DNA of 64,000 bases from Rhodospirillales bacterium (GTDB taxonomy: Bacteria; Pseudomonadota; Alphaproteobacteria; Rhodospirillales; UBA2165): contig JAPPFK010000140.1 of NCBI GenBank assembly GCA_028823885.1, forward strand, positions 394-64,393, in the 5' to 3' direction. Both the position numbers and the translations under genes were made by a program. Of this stretch, positions 1 to 9,290 are shown one piece after another; the stretch's first letter is position 1, and the number at the start of each line of letters is the position of its first letter. The notes below the pieces were generated by a model. That model searched no databases. It saw only the letters and a program-made list of their open reading frames with translations, and was not told the DNA's origin.

Positions 1-585
1 CTCGGCTCCTGGTCGGCCAACCAGGAGGTGTTCGATTACGTCTCCGAACGCCTGACCAGCGGCATCTATCGCGGCGTCGGCGAGTTCCATCTGTTCGATC
101 CGCTGGAGGCCAGGTCCCGCCAGGTCCGGGGACTGGTCAAGCTGGCCGTCGAGAAGGACCTGTGGCTGCAGGTCCATTCGGGGGCCGCGCCGGTCAGGGC
201 GCTCTACGCCATCGACCCCCGGGTCAAGATTCTCTGGGCCCATCTCGGCATGACCGAGCCCGCGGACGTGGTGATGGAGATGATGGATTCCTATCCCGAT
301 ATGCTGAGCGAAACCTCGTTCCGCGGCGGCGAGATCGGCAGCGGCCCGGACGGGATCGACCCGGCGTGGCGCGAGGTGATGATCAAGCATGCGGACCGGA
401 TCATGATCGGCTCCGACACCTATGTCACGCCGCGCTGGGATGAATACGCCTCCCTGGTGGACGAGCACCGCGCCTGGCTCTCGCGATTGCCGGACGAGGT
501 CGCCCGGAAGATCGCCTACCGGAACGCGGTCCGGGTGTTCGGCCCCGGCAGGGGAACCGGTTTCCCCCCGGACTCCCCGGACTGA
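1..585 (+). CDS. Amidohydrolase-superfamily (TIM-barrel metallo-hydrolase) protein, 5'-truncated by the window edge
   Basis: Frame is open from position 1 (LGSWSANQEVFDY...). Metal-ligand-like motifs GVGEFHL, LQVHS, LWAHLG, IMIGSDTY and a typical C-terminal KIAYRNA. Confidence 0.7.
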   Translation, partial: LGSWSANQEVFDYVSERLTSGIYRGVGEFHLFDPLEARSRQVRGLVKLAVEKDLWLQVHSGAAPVRALYAIDPRVKILWAHLGMTEPADVVMEMMDSYPDMLSETSFRGGEIGSGPDGIDPAWREVMIKHADRIMIGSDTYVTPRWDEYASLVDEHRAWLSRLPDEVARKIAYRNAVRVFGPGRGTGFPPDSPD

Positions 586-593
586 TCGGGGCT

Positions 594-622
594 TTGACAA
601 GCCGCCCGGAAGCCGATTTAGT
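594..622 (+). promoter_or_regulatory. Candidate sigma70 promoter for the FAA-hydrolase gene
   Basis: TTGACA (594-599), 17-bp spacer, TTTAGT (617-622); 38 bp before the ATG at 661. Confidence 0.5.
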
Positions 623-660
623 CGCCTCCGAATTCTTGTGAGAGAGGAACCCGAAAGACC

Positions 661-1368
661 ATGGCTCACGTCATCCCTATCGAAGACCGCCCCCAACTTC
701 CCATCGAGGGGAGCGGCGATACGTTTCCGATCCGCCGGATCTACTGTGTCGGGCGAAACTACCGCGCCCACGCCATCGAGATGGGCGCCGACCCGGACCG
801 GGAGCCGCCGTTTTTCTTCATGAAGCCGGCGGACGCGATCGTCCAGAACGGTGCGACCATTTCGTATCCCTCCAAGACCGGGAATCTTCACTACGAAATC
901 GAACTGGTCGCGGCCATCGGCCGCGGCGGCGGCAACATCGCCGAAGGCGACGCGCTGGACCATGTCTGGGGCTACGGCGTGGGCATCGATCTCACCCGCC
1001 GGGACGTGCAGCAGGCGGCGAAGGACATGGGGCGTCCCTGGGACATGGGAAAGGGCTTCGACGAATCGGCGCCGTGCACGGCGCTCCGCCCGGCCGCCGA
1101 CGTGGGCCATCCCGACACCGGCAACGGCGCCATCTGGATCAAGGTGGACGGCGAGGTGAAGCAGGAGAGCACGCTGGACAAGCACATCTGGAACGTCGCC
1201 GAGACCATCGCCCATCTGTCCGAATACGTCACCCTGGAGCCCGGCGACCTGATCTTTATGGGAACCCCGGACGGGGTCGGTCCGGTCGAACCGGGCCAGA
1301 CCATGGAAGGCCATATCGACGGCGTCGGCGACATTGCCATCCGGGTCGCTAAGCCGACATCAGGCTGA
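661..1368 (+). CDS. Fumarylacetoacetate hydrolase family protein (YcgM/NagK acylpyruvate-hydrolase-like)
   Basis: RIYCVGRNYRAHAIEM, PFFFMKP, LHYEIEL, GIDLTRRD, KGFD and GDLIFMGTP motifs. Confidence 0.9.
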   Translation: MAHVIPIEDRPQLPIEGSGDTFPIRRIYCVGRNYRAHAIEMGADPDREPPFFFMKPADAIVQNGATISYPSKTGNLHYEIELVAAIGRGGGNIAEGDALDHVWGYGVGIDLTRRDVQQAAKDMGRPWDMGKGFDESAPCTALRPAADVGHPDTGNGAIWIKVDGEVKQESTLDKHIWNVAETIAHLSEYVTLEPGDLIFMGTPDGVGPVEPGQTMEGHIDGVGDIAIRVAKPTSG

Positions 1369-2104
1369 ACGCCCGGTAAAGGAATACGGCGCCGATCGCC
1401 ATGGCGGCGCCCTGGGTCAGCCAGCGGAACTGATGGTCGGACATGGCGACCACCACGCGGCGGGCGAGAACGTTGCCGAAATAGGCGAGGGGCACCACGG
1501 CGGCGAAGACCCACAGCGGCAGGATGAGGTCGCCGTCCTCCACCAGGCGCAATATGAGAACGAAATAGATCACCTTGGCCGTGTGGCTGAGGACCTGGGT
1601 GAAGCCCTTGGTGGCGTGGACCTGGAACCGGTCGAGCGGGCTCTTGACGAAAAACACGTCGAGCAGGGGACCCGACACTCCGGCCAGCATCATGGTGCCG
1701 ACGTTGGTGAACCCGCAGACCGCCGGCATGAACGGCTTGGTGATGTCGAGCGCCAGGTTCCTGGGCGTCAGAAAATTGGCGAACGGCAGAATGCCCAGCA
1801 GCAGAAAGACGAGAATTTTATTGGTGACGAAAACGAAGGCGGCGAACAGGAACAGGCACGCCGCCGCCCCCGTCAGGTAGCCGCCCAGGATGTTCCACTG
1901 GATATGCTCCCGGTAGATCCAGGCCCGCGTGCCGTTGGAGGCGATCTGGGTGACCCCGTGGAGGATCATCGCCACGGAGACCGGCAGCACCCAGACGAAG
2001 ACGCCCATCAGGATGGTGCCGCCGGCGAGGCTCAACACCCCGCTGATGAAGGACGTGCCGATGACGGCCGCGAGAAGCGCGGCGATGCCGCCGAGTGAAA
2101 TCAA
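1349..2104 (-). CDS. TauE/SafE (DUF81) family sulfite/anion exporter
   Basis: TTG start; about 250 aa with many hydrophobic segments; FISGVLSLAGG and GVSGPLL repeats typical of TauE. Confidence 0.8.
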   Translation of the reverse strand: MISLGGIAALLAAVIGTSFISGVLSLAGGTILMGVFVWVLPVSVAMILHGVTQIASNGTRAWIYREHIQWNILGGYLTGAAACLFLFAAFVFVTNKILVFLLLGILPFANFLTPRNLALDITKPFMPAVCGFTNVGTMMLAGVSGPLLDVFFVKSPLDRFQVHATKGFTQVLSHTAKVIYFVLILRLVEDGDLILPLWVFAAVVPLAYFGNVLARRVVVAMSDHQFRWLTQGAAMAIGAVFLYRAFSLMSA

Positions 2105-2159
2105 TGGTGCCCCCGGGATGGTTCGGCAGCGCCCCTGTGCCTCAATCCGGGCGTCCCGG

Positions 2160-3017
2160 TTATTCGCCCGGCTGCCGGGCTTGCTGTTGGGCCTGGGCCG
2201 GCTGCGCGGCCTTGCCGTGACCGCCGTGGGTCTCCATGGATGCCTCGAACTCGGCGATGGCTTCCGAGCCTTCGGAGAACAGGCCGGGCTTCTTGTTGAA
2301 CGCCCCGTTCTCGCGATAGAACTTGTCCACCTTCAGGTGCCGCTGAGCCATGCCGGGGCTCGCCTTGACGAAGTCGTAAAGCGCCACGAAACCGCCGGTC
2401 CACATGGTGCGGACGGTGGTGTAGAGGCCGCGCGCGGCCTTTAGTTTCTTGACGTCGGCGTTCTCGTAGGTGTGGAGCTGGTCCCGCTGCTCGAGCGCCG
2501 TCCGCAAATCGTCGGCGGTCGCCCAATTGCACCGGTAATGGATCGTGCCGTCGGGCCGGATCACATAGAGGATGTTGGGCATCATGCCGTATTGCTTGTG
2601 GAAGCTCCCCTCGACGTCGTCCACCAGGACCCGGCGGTGCTCGTTGTAGCGGGGTTTCACCAGCCTGGCCGCCTCGACCTTCTCGTCGAAGTCCTGGTGC
2701 GGGCCGAGGCGCTCGCCCGGGTGGGCCTCGCGGACATAGATCAGCAGGAAGACCACATCGGGGTGATCGTTCTGGATCGCCTTCATGTCCGGAATGTTCT
2801 TGGTGTACATGGAGCAGGTCGAGGACCCGGTCTCGATCACCACCCACTTGCCGGAAAAGTCCGAAAGCCTGACCGGTTCGCCGGTCTCCAGATCCGTCAA
2901 GGCGGCGTCGACATACGGTTCACCCGCCGACGGTCCGGCGAACACATCCCAATCATAGTGTTTCACCGTGAAATGGGCGTTGTTGTAAACCATCGGCGGT
3001 TTTTGCGGTGCGTTCAT
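2160..3017 (-). CDS. Iodothyronine-deiodinase-like thioredoxin-fold protein (Cys form)
   Basis: Likely start ATG 3017 (MNAPQKPP) after GGGAG. Contains VIETGSSTCSMY and FLLIYVREAHPGE, resembling the deiodinase FGSxT(U/C)P and FLxxYIxEAHP motifs. Confidence 0.7.
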   Translation of the reverse strand: MNAPQKPPMVYNNAHFTVKHYDWDVFAGPSAGEPYVDAALTDLETGEPVRLSDFSGKWVVIETGSSTCSMYTKNIPDMKAIQNDHPDVVFLLIYVREAHPGERLGPHQDFDEKVEAARLVKPRYNEHRRVLVDDVEGSFHKQYGMMPNILYVIRPDGTIHYRCNWATADDLRTALEQRDQLHTYENADVKKLKAARGLYTTVRTMWTGGFVALYDFVKASPGMAQRHLKVDKFYRENGAFNKKPGLFSEGSEAIAEFEASMETHGGHGKAAQPAQAQQQARQPGE

Positions 3018-3183
3018 CGATGAGCTCCCAATTGGAATAAGTGCCGTGATTTTGCGGCTCGAAAACCGCAAAAGGCCGAAGAATTTCTTGTCTGTGGGAG
3101 AGGTTCTGAACCGTCCCGCATACCAAGTCAACCATACCACAGGGTGAAAGAGGGAGCCGAGGCTTTGCGAAACCGCCAAAGCG

Positions 3184-3300
3184 CGTCATGGCCGGGCCCA
3201 CTGGACCGGCTTTGCCGGGCCAGCCGGCAAAGTGGCCCGGCCATCCACGTGTAGCGCCGGCCGCCAAGCGTGGATCACCGGGTCAAGCCCGGTGATGACG
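3184..3300. repeat. CGTC-tagged REP dimer (REPIN-like) of the alphaproteobacterial type
   Basis: Ends CGTC...GACG. Arm 1 is CGTCATGGCCGGGCC...GGCCCGGCCATCCACG; arm 2 is CGTGGATCACCGGGTCAAGCCCGGTGATGACG. Each arm has its own hairpin. Confidence 0.8.
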
Positions 3301-3351
3301 GCTTGCGGTCCAACCGCTCGCCGGGGGAGGGTCAGAGAGGGGCGCAGGGCG

Positions 3352-5085
3352 TCAGAATATGGGAGGTTCCGGCGTTTCGGCGCCGGCGTGCAGGAAGTCG
3401 AGATCGCACCCCTTGTTCGCCTGGGTCACGTGCCGGGCGTACAGCGCGGTGTAGCCCCGCTCATACGGGAACGGCCGGGGCGTCCATGCCTTTCGGCGCG
3501 CTTCCATCTCGTCGTCCGGAATATCGGCGTTCAAGCGGCGCCCGGGGATGTCGAGATCGATCATGTCGCCGGTTTGGATGAGCGCCAGGTTGCCGCCGAC
3601 CTGCGCCTCGGGGGCGACGTGCAGAATGCAGGTGCCGTAGGCGGTGCCGCTCATCCGGCAGTCGGAAATCCGCACCATGTCGCGCACCCCCTTCTCCAGC
3701 AGCTTCTTGGGAATCGGCAGCATGCCCCATTCGGGCATGCCGGGCGCGCCGATGGGCCCCGCATATTTCAGCACCAGCACCGAGTCCTCGGTGACGTCCA
3801 GGCCGGGGTCGTCGATGCGGTCGTGGAGGTCCTGGTAGCCCTCGAACACCACCGCCGGACCCCGATGGACATGGAACCTGGGATCGGCCGCGGTTTGCTT
3901 GATCACACACCCGTCGGTGGCGATGTTCCCCCTGAGTATGGCCGTACCGCCTTCGTGATAGAGCGGATTGTCGAGGGGGCGGATGACCTCGTCGAGATAG
4001 ACCTCGGCGCCCTCGAGGTTGTCGGCGAGCGTTCCCCCGGTGACCGTTTTCTGGGTCAGATCGAGCTGGCCGGTCAGCCGGGTCATCAGCCCGCGCAGTC
4101 CGCCCGCGTAGTAGAAGTCCTCCATCAGGTATTTGCCCGAGGGTTTGATATCGAGAATGACCGGGGTCTTCTTGGAGATCTCGTCGAAGCGCTCCAGCGT
4201 GAGTTCGATCCCGGCCCGCCCGGCGACGGCGATCAGATGGATCATGGCATTGGTCGAACCGCCGAGGGCCATATCGATGACCGTGGCGTTGTCGAAGGAA
4301 GCCCGGGTGAGGATGTCGGAGGGTTTCAGGTCTTCCCACACCATGTCGACGATCCGCCGGCCGCTGGCCGCGGCCATCAGCGCGTGGCTGGAATCGACCG
4401 CGGGAATCGATGAGGCGCCCGGCAGGGTCATTCCCAGGGTCTCGGCAATGGACATCATGGTCGCGGCGGTGCCCATGACCATGCAGGTGCCGGCGGAACG
4501 GGAGAGACCGCCGACGACATTCTCCATCGTCTCGTCGTCGATCAGGCCGGCCCGCCGGTCGGCCCAATAGCGGAGCACGTCGGTGCCGCTGCCCAGGGTC
4601 TCTCCGGCGAAGAAGCCGCGCAGCATGGGGCCGGCGGGCACGTAGATCGCCGGCAGGTCCATGGTCAGCGCCGCCATGAGGAGGGCAGGGGTGGTCTTGT
4701 CGCAGCCGCCCATCAGGACGACGCCGTCGACGGGATGGCAGCGGATCAGTTCCTCCGCCTCCATGGCCAGGAAGTTGCGGTAAAGCATGGTCGACGGCTT
4801 GACCATGATTTCGCCCAAGGACATGGCGGGCAATTCGATGGGGAAGCCGCCGGCCTCGTAGACGCCCCGTTTGATCTCCTCGGCCCGCTGCTTGAAGTGG
4901 GAGTGACAGGTGTTCATGTCGCTCCACGTATTGATGATGCCGATCTTGGGCTTGCCGGTGAAGTCTTCGCCCGAATAGCCCATTTGGCGGGAGCGCGCGC
5001 GGTGGCTGACGGAACGCATGTCGCTCGGCCCGTACCACCGTTGGCTGCGAAGGTCTTCGAGTTTCTTCCGGGTTTTTGTGGCCAC
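3352..5085 (-). CDS. IlvD/Edd-family dehydratase, L-arabinonate (sugar-acid) dehydratase-like
   Basis: GTG start; INTWSDMNTCH, MLYRN, GGCDKTTP, GTCMVMGTA, LGGSTNA, GMPEWG and RMSGT motifs. Confidence 0.88.
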   Translation of the reverse strand: MATKTRKKLEDLRSQRWYGPSDMRSVSHRARSRQMGYSGEDFTGKPKIGIINTWSDMNTCHSHFKQRAEEIKRGVYEAGGFPIELPAMSLGEIMVKPSTMLYRNFLAMEAEELIRCHPVDGVVLMGGCDKTTPALLMAALTMDLPAIYVPAGPMLRGFFAGETLGSGTDVLRYWADRRAGLIDDETMENVVGGLSRSAGTCMVMGTAATMMSIAETLGMTLPGASSIPAVDSSHALMAAASGRRIVDMVWEDLKPSDILTRASFDNATVIDMALGGSTNAMIHLIAVAGRAGIELTLERFDEISKKTPVILDIKPSGKYLMEDFYYAGGLRGLMTRLTGQLDLTQKTVTGGTLADNLEGAEVYLDEVIRPLDNPLYHEGGTAILRGNIATDGCVIKQTAADPRFHVHRGPAVVFEGYQDLHDRIDDPGLDVTEDSVLVLKYAGPIGAPGMPEWGMLPIPKKLLEKGVRDMVRISDCRMSGTAYGTCILHVAPEAQVGGNLALIQTGDMIDLDIPGRRLNADIPDDEMEARRKAWTPRPFPYERGYTALYARHVTQANKGCDLDFLHAGAETPEPPIF

Positions 5086-5218
5086 GGCGCATTCCCCTCT
5101 GAGGCGGCTTAATAGGTGTTTCGGTACTCACGAATCGGATTTAATAGGCGATCGCCGGAACACCGGCAAACGGTTTCGGGACGGTCCCGGCGCTGCCGGC
5201 GTGGCGGTTAGGGCGTAA

Positions 5219-6025
5219 ATGTTTTTTTTCCTCTCAAAGGTTCTCTGGTTCCTTGCCGATCCGGGAAATCACATTGTCATCGGTCTGCTGCTGGTGACCG
5301 CCGCGCTGTTGCTGCGATGGCGCAGGACCTTCCGGACCCTGTTGTTCCTGCTTGTCGGCTACGCCTTGGTCATCGGTTTCCTGCCCGTCGGCAAGACCAT
5401 GCGGGCGGCGTTGGAGAACCGGATACCCGTTCCGCGGAGTTTGCCGGACAGGGTAGATGGTATTGTTGTCCTCGGCGGCGTGGTCGATCAGTTTCTCAGC
5501 GAAGCGAGGGGACAGACCGCCATCGGCGGCGCGGTCGAGCGGGTCACCGTGAGCGCCCGGCTCGCCGCGCAATATCCCGACGCCCGCATCGTCTATTCCG
5601 GCGGGTCCGGGGTGCTGGGGCGGCAGGAGTTGAAGGAAGCAAACTATATCAAGCCCATATTCGCTCAGCTCGGCGTGAAGTCGTCCCGTTTGATAATCGA
5701 GGATCAATCCCGGAACACCGCGGAAAACGCAACTCTGACCAGAGAACTGGTCGAGCCGGCGACGGAAGAAACGTGGATACTGGTGACATCGGCGTTTCAC
5801 ATGCCGCGGGCGCTTGGCGCTTTTCGGCGTGCCGGCTGGTCGGTTATCCCTTATCCCGTCGACTATTCGACGGAACCCGATCAGGGGTTTCGTTTGACCG
5901 GCAGCTTTACGGCCGGGTTTATCGTCTTCGGGGCGTCGCTTCGGGAGTGGATAGGATTGGTTGCCTATCGCTTCACGGATCGTACCGATGCATTTTTCCC
6001 GGCCGCGGGGATGGAGAAACCATGA
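5219..6025 (+). CDS. YdcF/DUF218 (ElyC/SanA-like) membrane-anchored protein
   Basis: N-terminal TM segments; VVLGG, YSGG, SRNTAENA, LVTSAFHMPRA and PYPVDY motifs. Confidence 0.88.
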   Translation: MFFFLSKVLWFLADPGNHIVIGLLLVTAALLLRWRRTFRTLLFLLVGYALVIGFLPVGKTMRAALENRIPVPRSLPDRVDGIVVLGGVVDQFLSEARGQTAIGGAVERVTVSARLAAQYPDARIVYSGGSGVLGRQELKEANYIKPIFAQLGVKSSRLIIEDQSRNTAENATLTRELVEPATEETWILVTSAFHMPRALGAFRRAGWSVIPYPVDYSTEPDQGFRLTGSFTAGFIVFGASLREWIGLVAYRFTDRTDAFFPAAGMEKP

Positions 6026-6106
6026 CCCGGCAGTCTTTCGTTAATCTCTCGCGCTTAAAAGGCGGATGTTGTACTGCTCGTTGTCAATTGGGTGGAGTTG
6101 GTGTGA

Positions 6107-7099
6107 ATGAAAACCTGCTTTAGGACCTTGGCGTTTGGCCTGTTGGGAGGCTTGGCCGCCGTTGGCGTTGACGGCGGGGCGATTGCCCGGGAGGCTTCAA
6201 AACCATTCGGGCCGTGGCTTGACGAGTTGAAGGCCGAGGCGGCGCGGAAGGGCATCCGGGCCAAGACCCTCGACGCGGTAATCCCGACCGTCAAACCCAT
6301 CCCGCGGGTGATCGAATTGGATCGCCGGCAGCCCGAATTCACGCTGACCCTGCAACAATACATGGACCGGGTGGTGCCCAATTCGAGAGTCAAAAAGGGC
6401 CGTTCGAAATTCCGGGAAAATGCCACATTGTTGACAGAAATCGGGCGCAAATTCGGCGTTCAGCCGCGCTTTATTGTTGCGTTTTGGGGCGTGGAAACGG
6501 ATTTCGGCCGTCTGGATGGAGGCTTTCCCGTGATTTCGGCGCTGGCGACCTTGGCCCATGACGGCCGCCGGTCCAAGTTCTTCCGCGGCGAACTTATCCG
6601 TTCGCTCAGAATCGTCGACCAGGGTCACATCGCCCACACCAACATGAAGGGTTCGTGGGCGGGCGCCATGGGTCAATTCCAATTCATGCCTTCGAGTTTC
6701 GAGAGATTTGCCGTCGACTATGACGGAGACGGGCGCCGGGATATCTGGCGCAACCGGCGGGATGCATTCGCTTCCGCCGCGAACTACCTCTCCAAATCGG
6801 GCTGGAAGCCGGACCAGACCTGGGGACGCGAGGTCAGATTGCCGGCGGGGTTCGACATGAGATTGGCCGGTCTCAAGGTCCGCAAGGGTATCAGGGATTG
6901 GCAGGCCCTGGGCGTCCGCCGGGCCGACGGAACCGACCTGCCGACGCGAAATCTTCAGTCCTCGGTCGTTCTGCCCGAAAAGACCAAGGGCCGCGCATTC
7001 CTGGCCTACAACAATTACCGGGTGATTTTGCGATGGAACCGGTCTTCGTTTTTTGCCGTGGCGATCGGCTCCCTTGCCGACCGCATAGGCGGGAGTTGA
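6107..7099 (+). CDS. mltB: Lytic murein transglycosylase B family
   Basis: WGVETDFG (catalytic Glu), GSWAGAMGQFQFMPSS, DYDGDGRRD, SAANYL and YNN motifs; signal peptide. Confidence 0.92.
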   Translation: MKTCFRTLAFGLLGGLAAVGVDGGAIAREASKPFGPWLDELKAEAARKGIRAKTLDAVIPTVKPIPRVIELDRRQPEFTLTLQQYMDRVVPNSRVKKGRSKFRENATLLTEIGRKFGVQPRFIVAFWGVETDFGRLDGGFPVISALATLAHDGRRSKFFRGELIRSLRIVDQGHIAHTNMKGSWAGAMGQFQFMPSSFERFAVDYDGDGRRDIWRNRRDAFASAANYLSKSGWKPDQTWGREVRLPAGFDMRLAGLKVRKGIRDWQALGVRRADGTDLPTRNLQSSVVLPEKTKGRAFLAYNNYRVILRWNRSSFFAVAIGSLADRIGGS

Positions 7100-7103
7100 G
7101 GCG

Positions 7104-8078
7104 ATGGCGGCCAATCGGATCAAACCGCTGATTTTGAGCCTCGGGGCGTTGTTTCTGCTTTCCGCATGTGCCGAAACCCAGCTTATCGCCCACACCGCCA
7201 AGCGGATGTCCAAACCGGAACCGCGGAGTTCGGTGTTCGGCAAATACAAGGTCGGCAATCCATACCAAATCAAGGGTGTTTGGTATTACCCCAAGGAGAG
7301 CTTCGATCACGTCGAGACCGGGATCGCCTCCTGGTATGGGCGCAAATTCCACTTGAAGAAAACCGCTAACGGCGAAGTTTTCGACATGAACGAGCTGACG
7401 GCGGCGCACCGGACGCTGCAAATGCCGTCGTTCGTCCAGGTGACGAACCTGGAGAACGGCCGGTCGCTGAAGCTTCGGGTCAACGACCGGGGTCCGTTTG
7501 CTCACGGGCGAATAATCGATGTATCCCGCCGCGCCGCGCAACTCCTGGGTTTTGAACGCAAGGGCACGGCGCGTGTCCGGGTGCGGGTCCTGGGCGCCGA
7601 AAGCCGGGCGATCGCGCAACGGCTCACCGGCTCCGGGACGCAGGTGGCCCGGGCCAACCTGCCGATCCGCTCGGATGTGCAGGTCGCCAAACCCGGCGTG
7701 GCGTCGCAAACCCTGGCGCCGCCGCCGGGCGCCGTCTCGAACGCGCCGGTGGAAGCTGCTCCGCGGCGCCGGGTTGCCGTCCGCCAGGAGAGGGTGACCG
7801 TCGCACCGCCTCAGCCTGATGGTCTGGTGACCGTTGAAAGTGTGGCGGACACGGATATCTATGTTCAGGCCGGGGCATTTGTCCGATGGGACAATGCCAA
7901 CCGGGTCAAGCACAGGTTGTTTCAAATCCGTGATGTGAAGATCACATCGTATATTATTGGCGGAAAAGAATTTTTTAGAGTCCGGTCGGGGCCGCATCGC
8001 CATGTGGCCGAGGCCGATAGAGTGCTGGAAATCATGATTCATCTGGGCTACGACAACGCGCAAATTATCGTCGATTAA
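7104..8078 (+). CDS. rlpA: Septal ring lytic transglycosylase RlpA lipoprotein with SPOR domain
   Basis: Lipobox LLSAC; GIASWYG, TANGEVFD, LTAAHRTL, VNDRGPF and RIIDVS motifs; C-terminal YVQAGAF SPOR domain. Confidence 0.93.
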   Translation: MAANRIKPLILSLGALFLLSACAETQLIAHTAKRMSKPEPRSSVFGKYKVGNPYQIKGVWYYPKESFDHVETGIASWYGRKFHLKKTANGEVFDMNELTAAHRTLQMPSFVQVTNLENGRSLKLRVNDRGPFAHGRIIDVSRRAAQLLGFERKGTARVRVRVLGAESRAIAQRLTGSGTQVARANLPIRSDVQVAKPGVASQTLAPPPGAVSNAPVEAAPRRRVAVRQERVTVAPPQPDGLVTVESVADTDIYVQAGAFVRWDNANRVKHRLFQIRDVKITSYIIGGKEFFRVRSGPHRHVAEADRVLEIMIHLGYDNAQIIVD

Positions 8079-8096
8079 GGCGTGAGGCGGGAAGGA

Positions 8097-9248
8097 ATGA
8101 CAAGCGTGCGGATCAACAAATTTGCCGTTGCCGCCGTGGCGGCTCTGACTCTGAGCGTCACCGCCGTTCAGGCGGCGGGCACCATCGAAACCTCGGCCAG
8201 ACAGGCGATACTGCTCGATACGACCACCGGCGCCGTCTTGTTCGAGAAGAACGCCGATCAGCCCATGCCGCCGTCGTCGATGGGTAAAATCATGACCGTC
8301 TACAAGGTCTTCGAATATTTGAAGGATGGCCGGTTGTCCCTGGACGACAGGTTCGTCGTCTCCGAGAAAGCGTGGCGGAAGCAAGGCTCCAAGATGTTCG
8401 TGCGGGTGAATTCCCGGGTGAAGGTCGAGGACCTGATCCGGGGGATCGTCGTGCAATCGGGGAATGACGCCAGCATCGTCGTCGCCGAGGGGCTCTCGGG
8501 CAGCGAAGGGGCATTCGCGGAGGAACTCAACCGCACGGCCAAGGAACTCGGAATGACCAATTCGCATTTCGTCAATTCCAGCGGCTGGCCGGATCCCGAG
8601 CATCGCACCACCGCCCGGGATCTCGCCAGGCTCTCTCAGGCGACAATCGAGAATTTCCCCGAGTACTACCACTACTATGCCGAAAAGGCGTTCACCTATA
8701 GCGGCATCCGCCAGCCCAATCGGAACCCCACGCTCTACCGGAACATCGGCTCCGACGGTCTGAAAACGGGTCACACGGAAGAAGCGGGCTACGGCCTTGC
8801 CGCCAGCGCGGTTCGTAATGGCCGGCGGCTGATTCTGGTCGTCAACGGTCTGCCGAGCAAAAAGGCCCGGGCCATCGAATCCGAGCGCATGTTCGATTGG
8901 GGCTTCCGGGAGTTCAACAATTACGCCTTGTTCAAATCCGGCGAGACGGTCGCCGATGCCGAGGTTTGGATGGGTGCCGCCGGCAGTGTGCCGTTGGTCA
9001 TCAAGCAGGACGTCCTGCTGACCCTGTCCCGCAAGGCCCGGCGGGGCATGAAAGTGAGCGTTCTCTACGATGGTCCGTTTGCGGCGCCCGTGGCCCAGGG
9101 TACGCCGCTGGCGACGCTGAAAATCGACGCGGCAGGGCAGGAACCGGTCAAGTATCCCCTGTTCGCGGGCTCCAGCGTTCCCCGCCTTGGCATGTTCTCC
9201 CGCCTCGGCGCCGCTTTCAAATTCGTCCTGTGGGGCGAATCCGGTTGA
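8097..9248 (+). CDS. dacA: D-alanyl-D-alanine carboxypeptidase (PBP5/6 family)
   Basis: SxxK (SMGK), SGN and KTG motifs; ATG 8097 follows GGAAGGA. Confidence 0.92.
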   Translation: MTSVRINKFAVAAVAALTLSVTAVQAAGTIETSARQAILLDTTTGAVLFEKNADQPMPPSSMGKIMTVYKVFEYLKDGRLSLDDRFVVSEKAWRKQGSKMFVRVNSRVKVEDLIRGIVVQSGNDASIVVAEGLSGSEGAFAEELNRTAKELGMTNSHFVNSSGWPDPEHRTTARDLARLSQATIENFPEYYHYYAEKAFTYSGIRQPNRNPTLYRNIGSDGLKTGHTEEAGYGLAASAVRNGRRLILVVNGLPSKKARAIESERMFDWGFREFNNYALFKSGETVADAEVWMGAAGSVPLVIKQDVLLTLSRKARRGMKVSVLYDGPFAAPVAQGTPLATLKIDAAGQEPVKYPLFAGSSVPRLGMFSRLGAAFKFVLWGESG

Positions 9249-9290
9249 CCGGAACCGGCCAACCTCCGACCCTGTGACGGAGAACATCCC

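Noticed and set aside
2811-2820. Selenocysteine in the deiodinase-like protein
   Set aside because: The codon is TGC (Cys) and there is no in-frame TGA.
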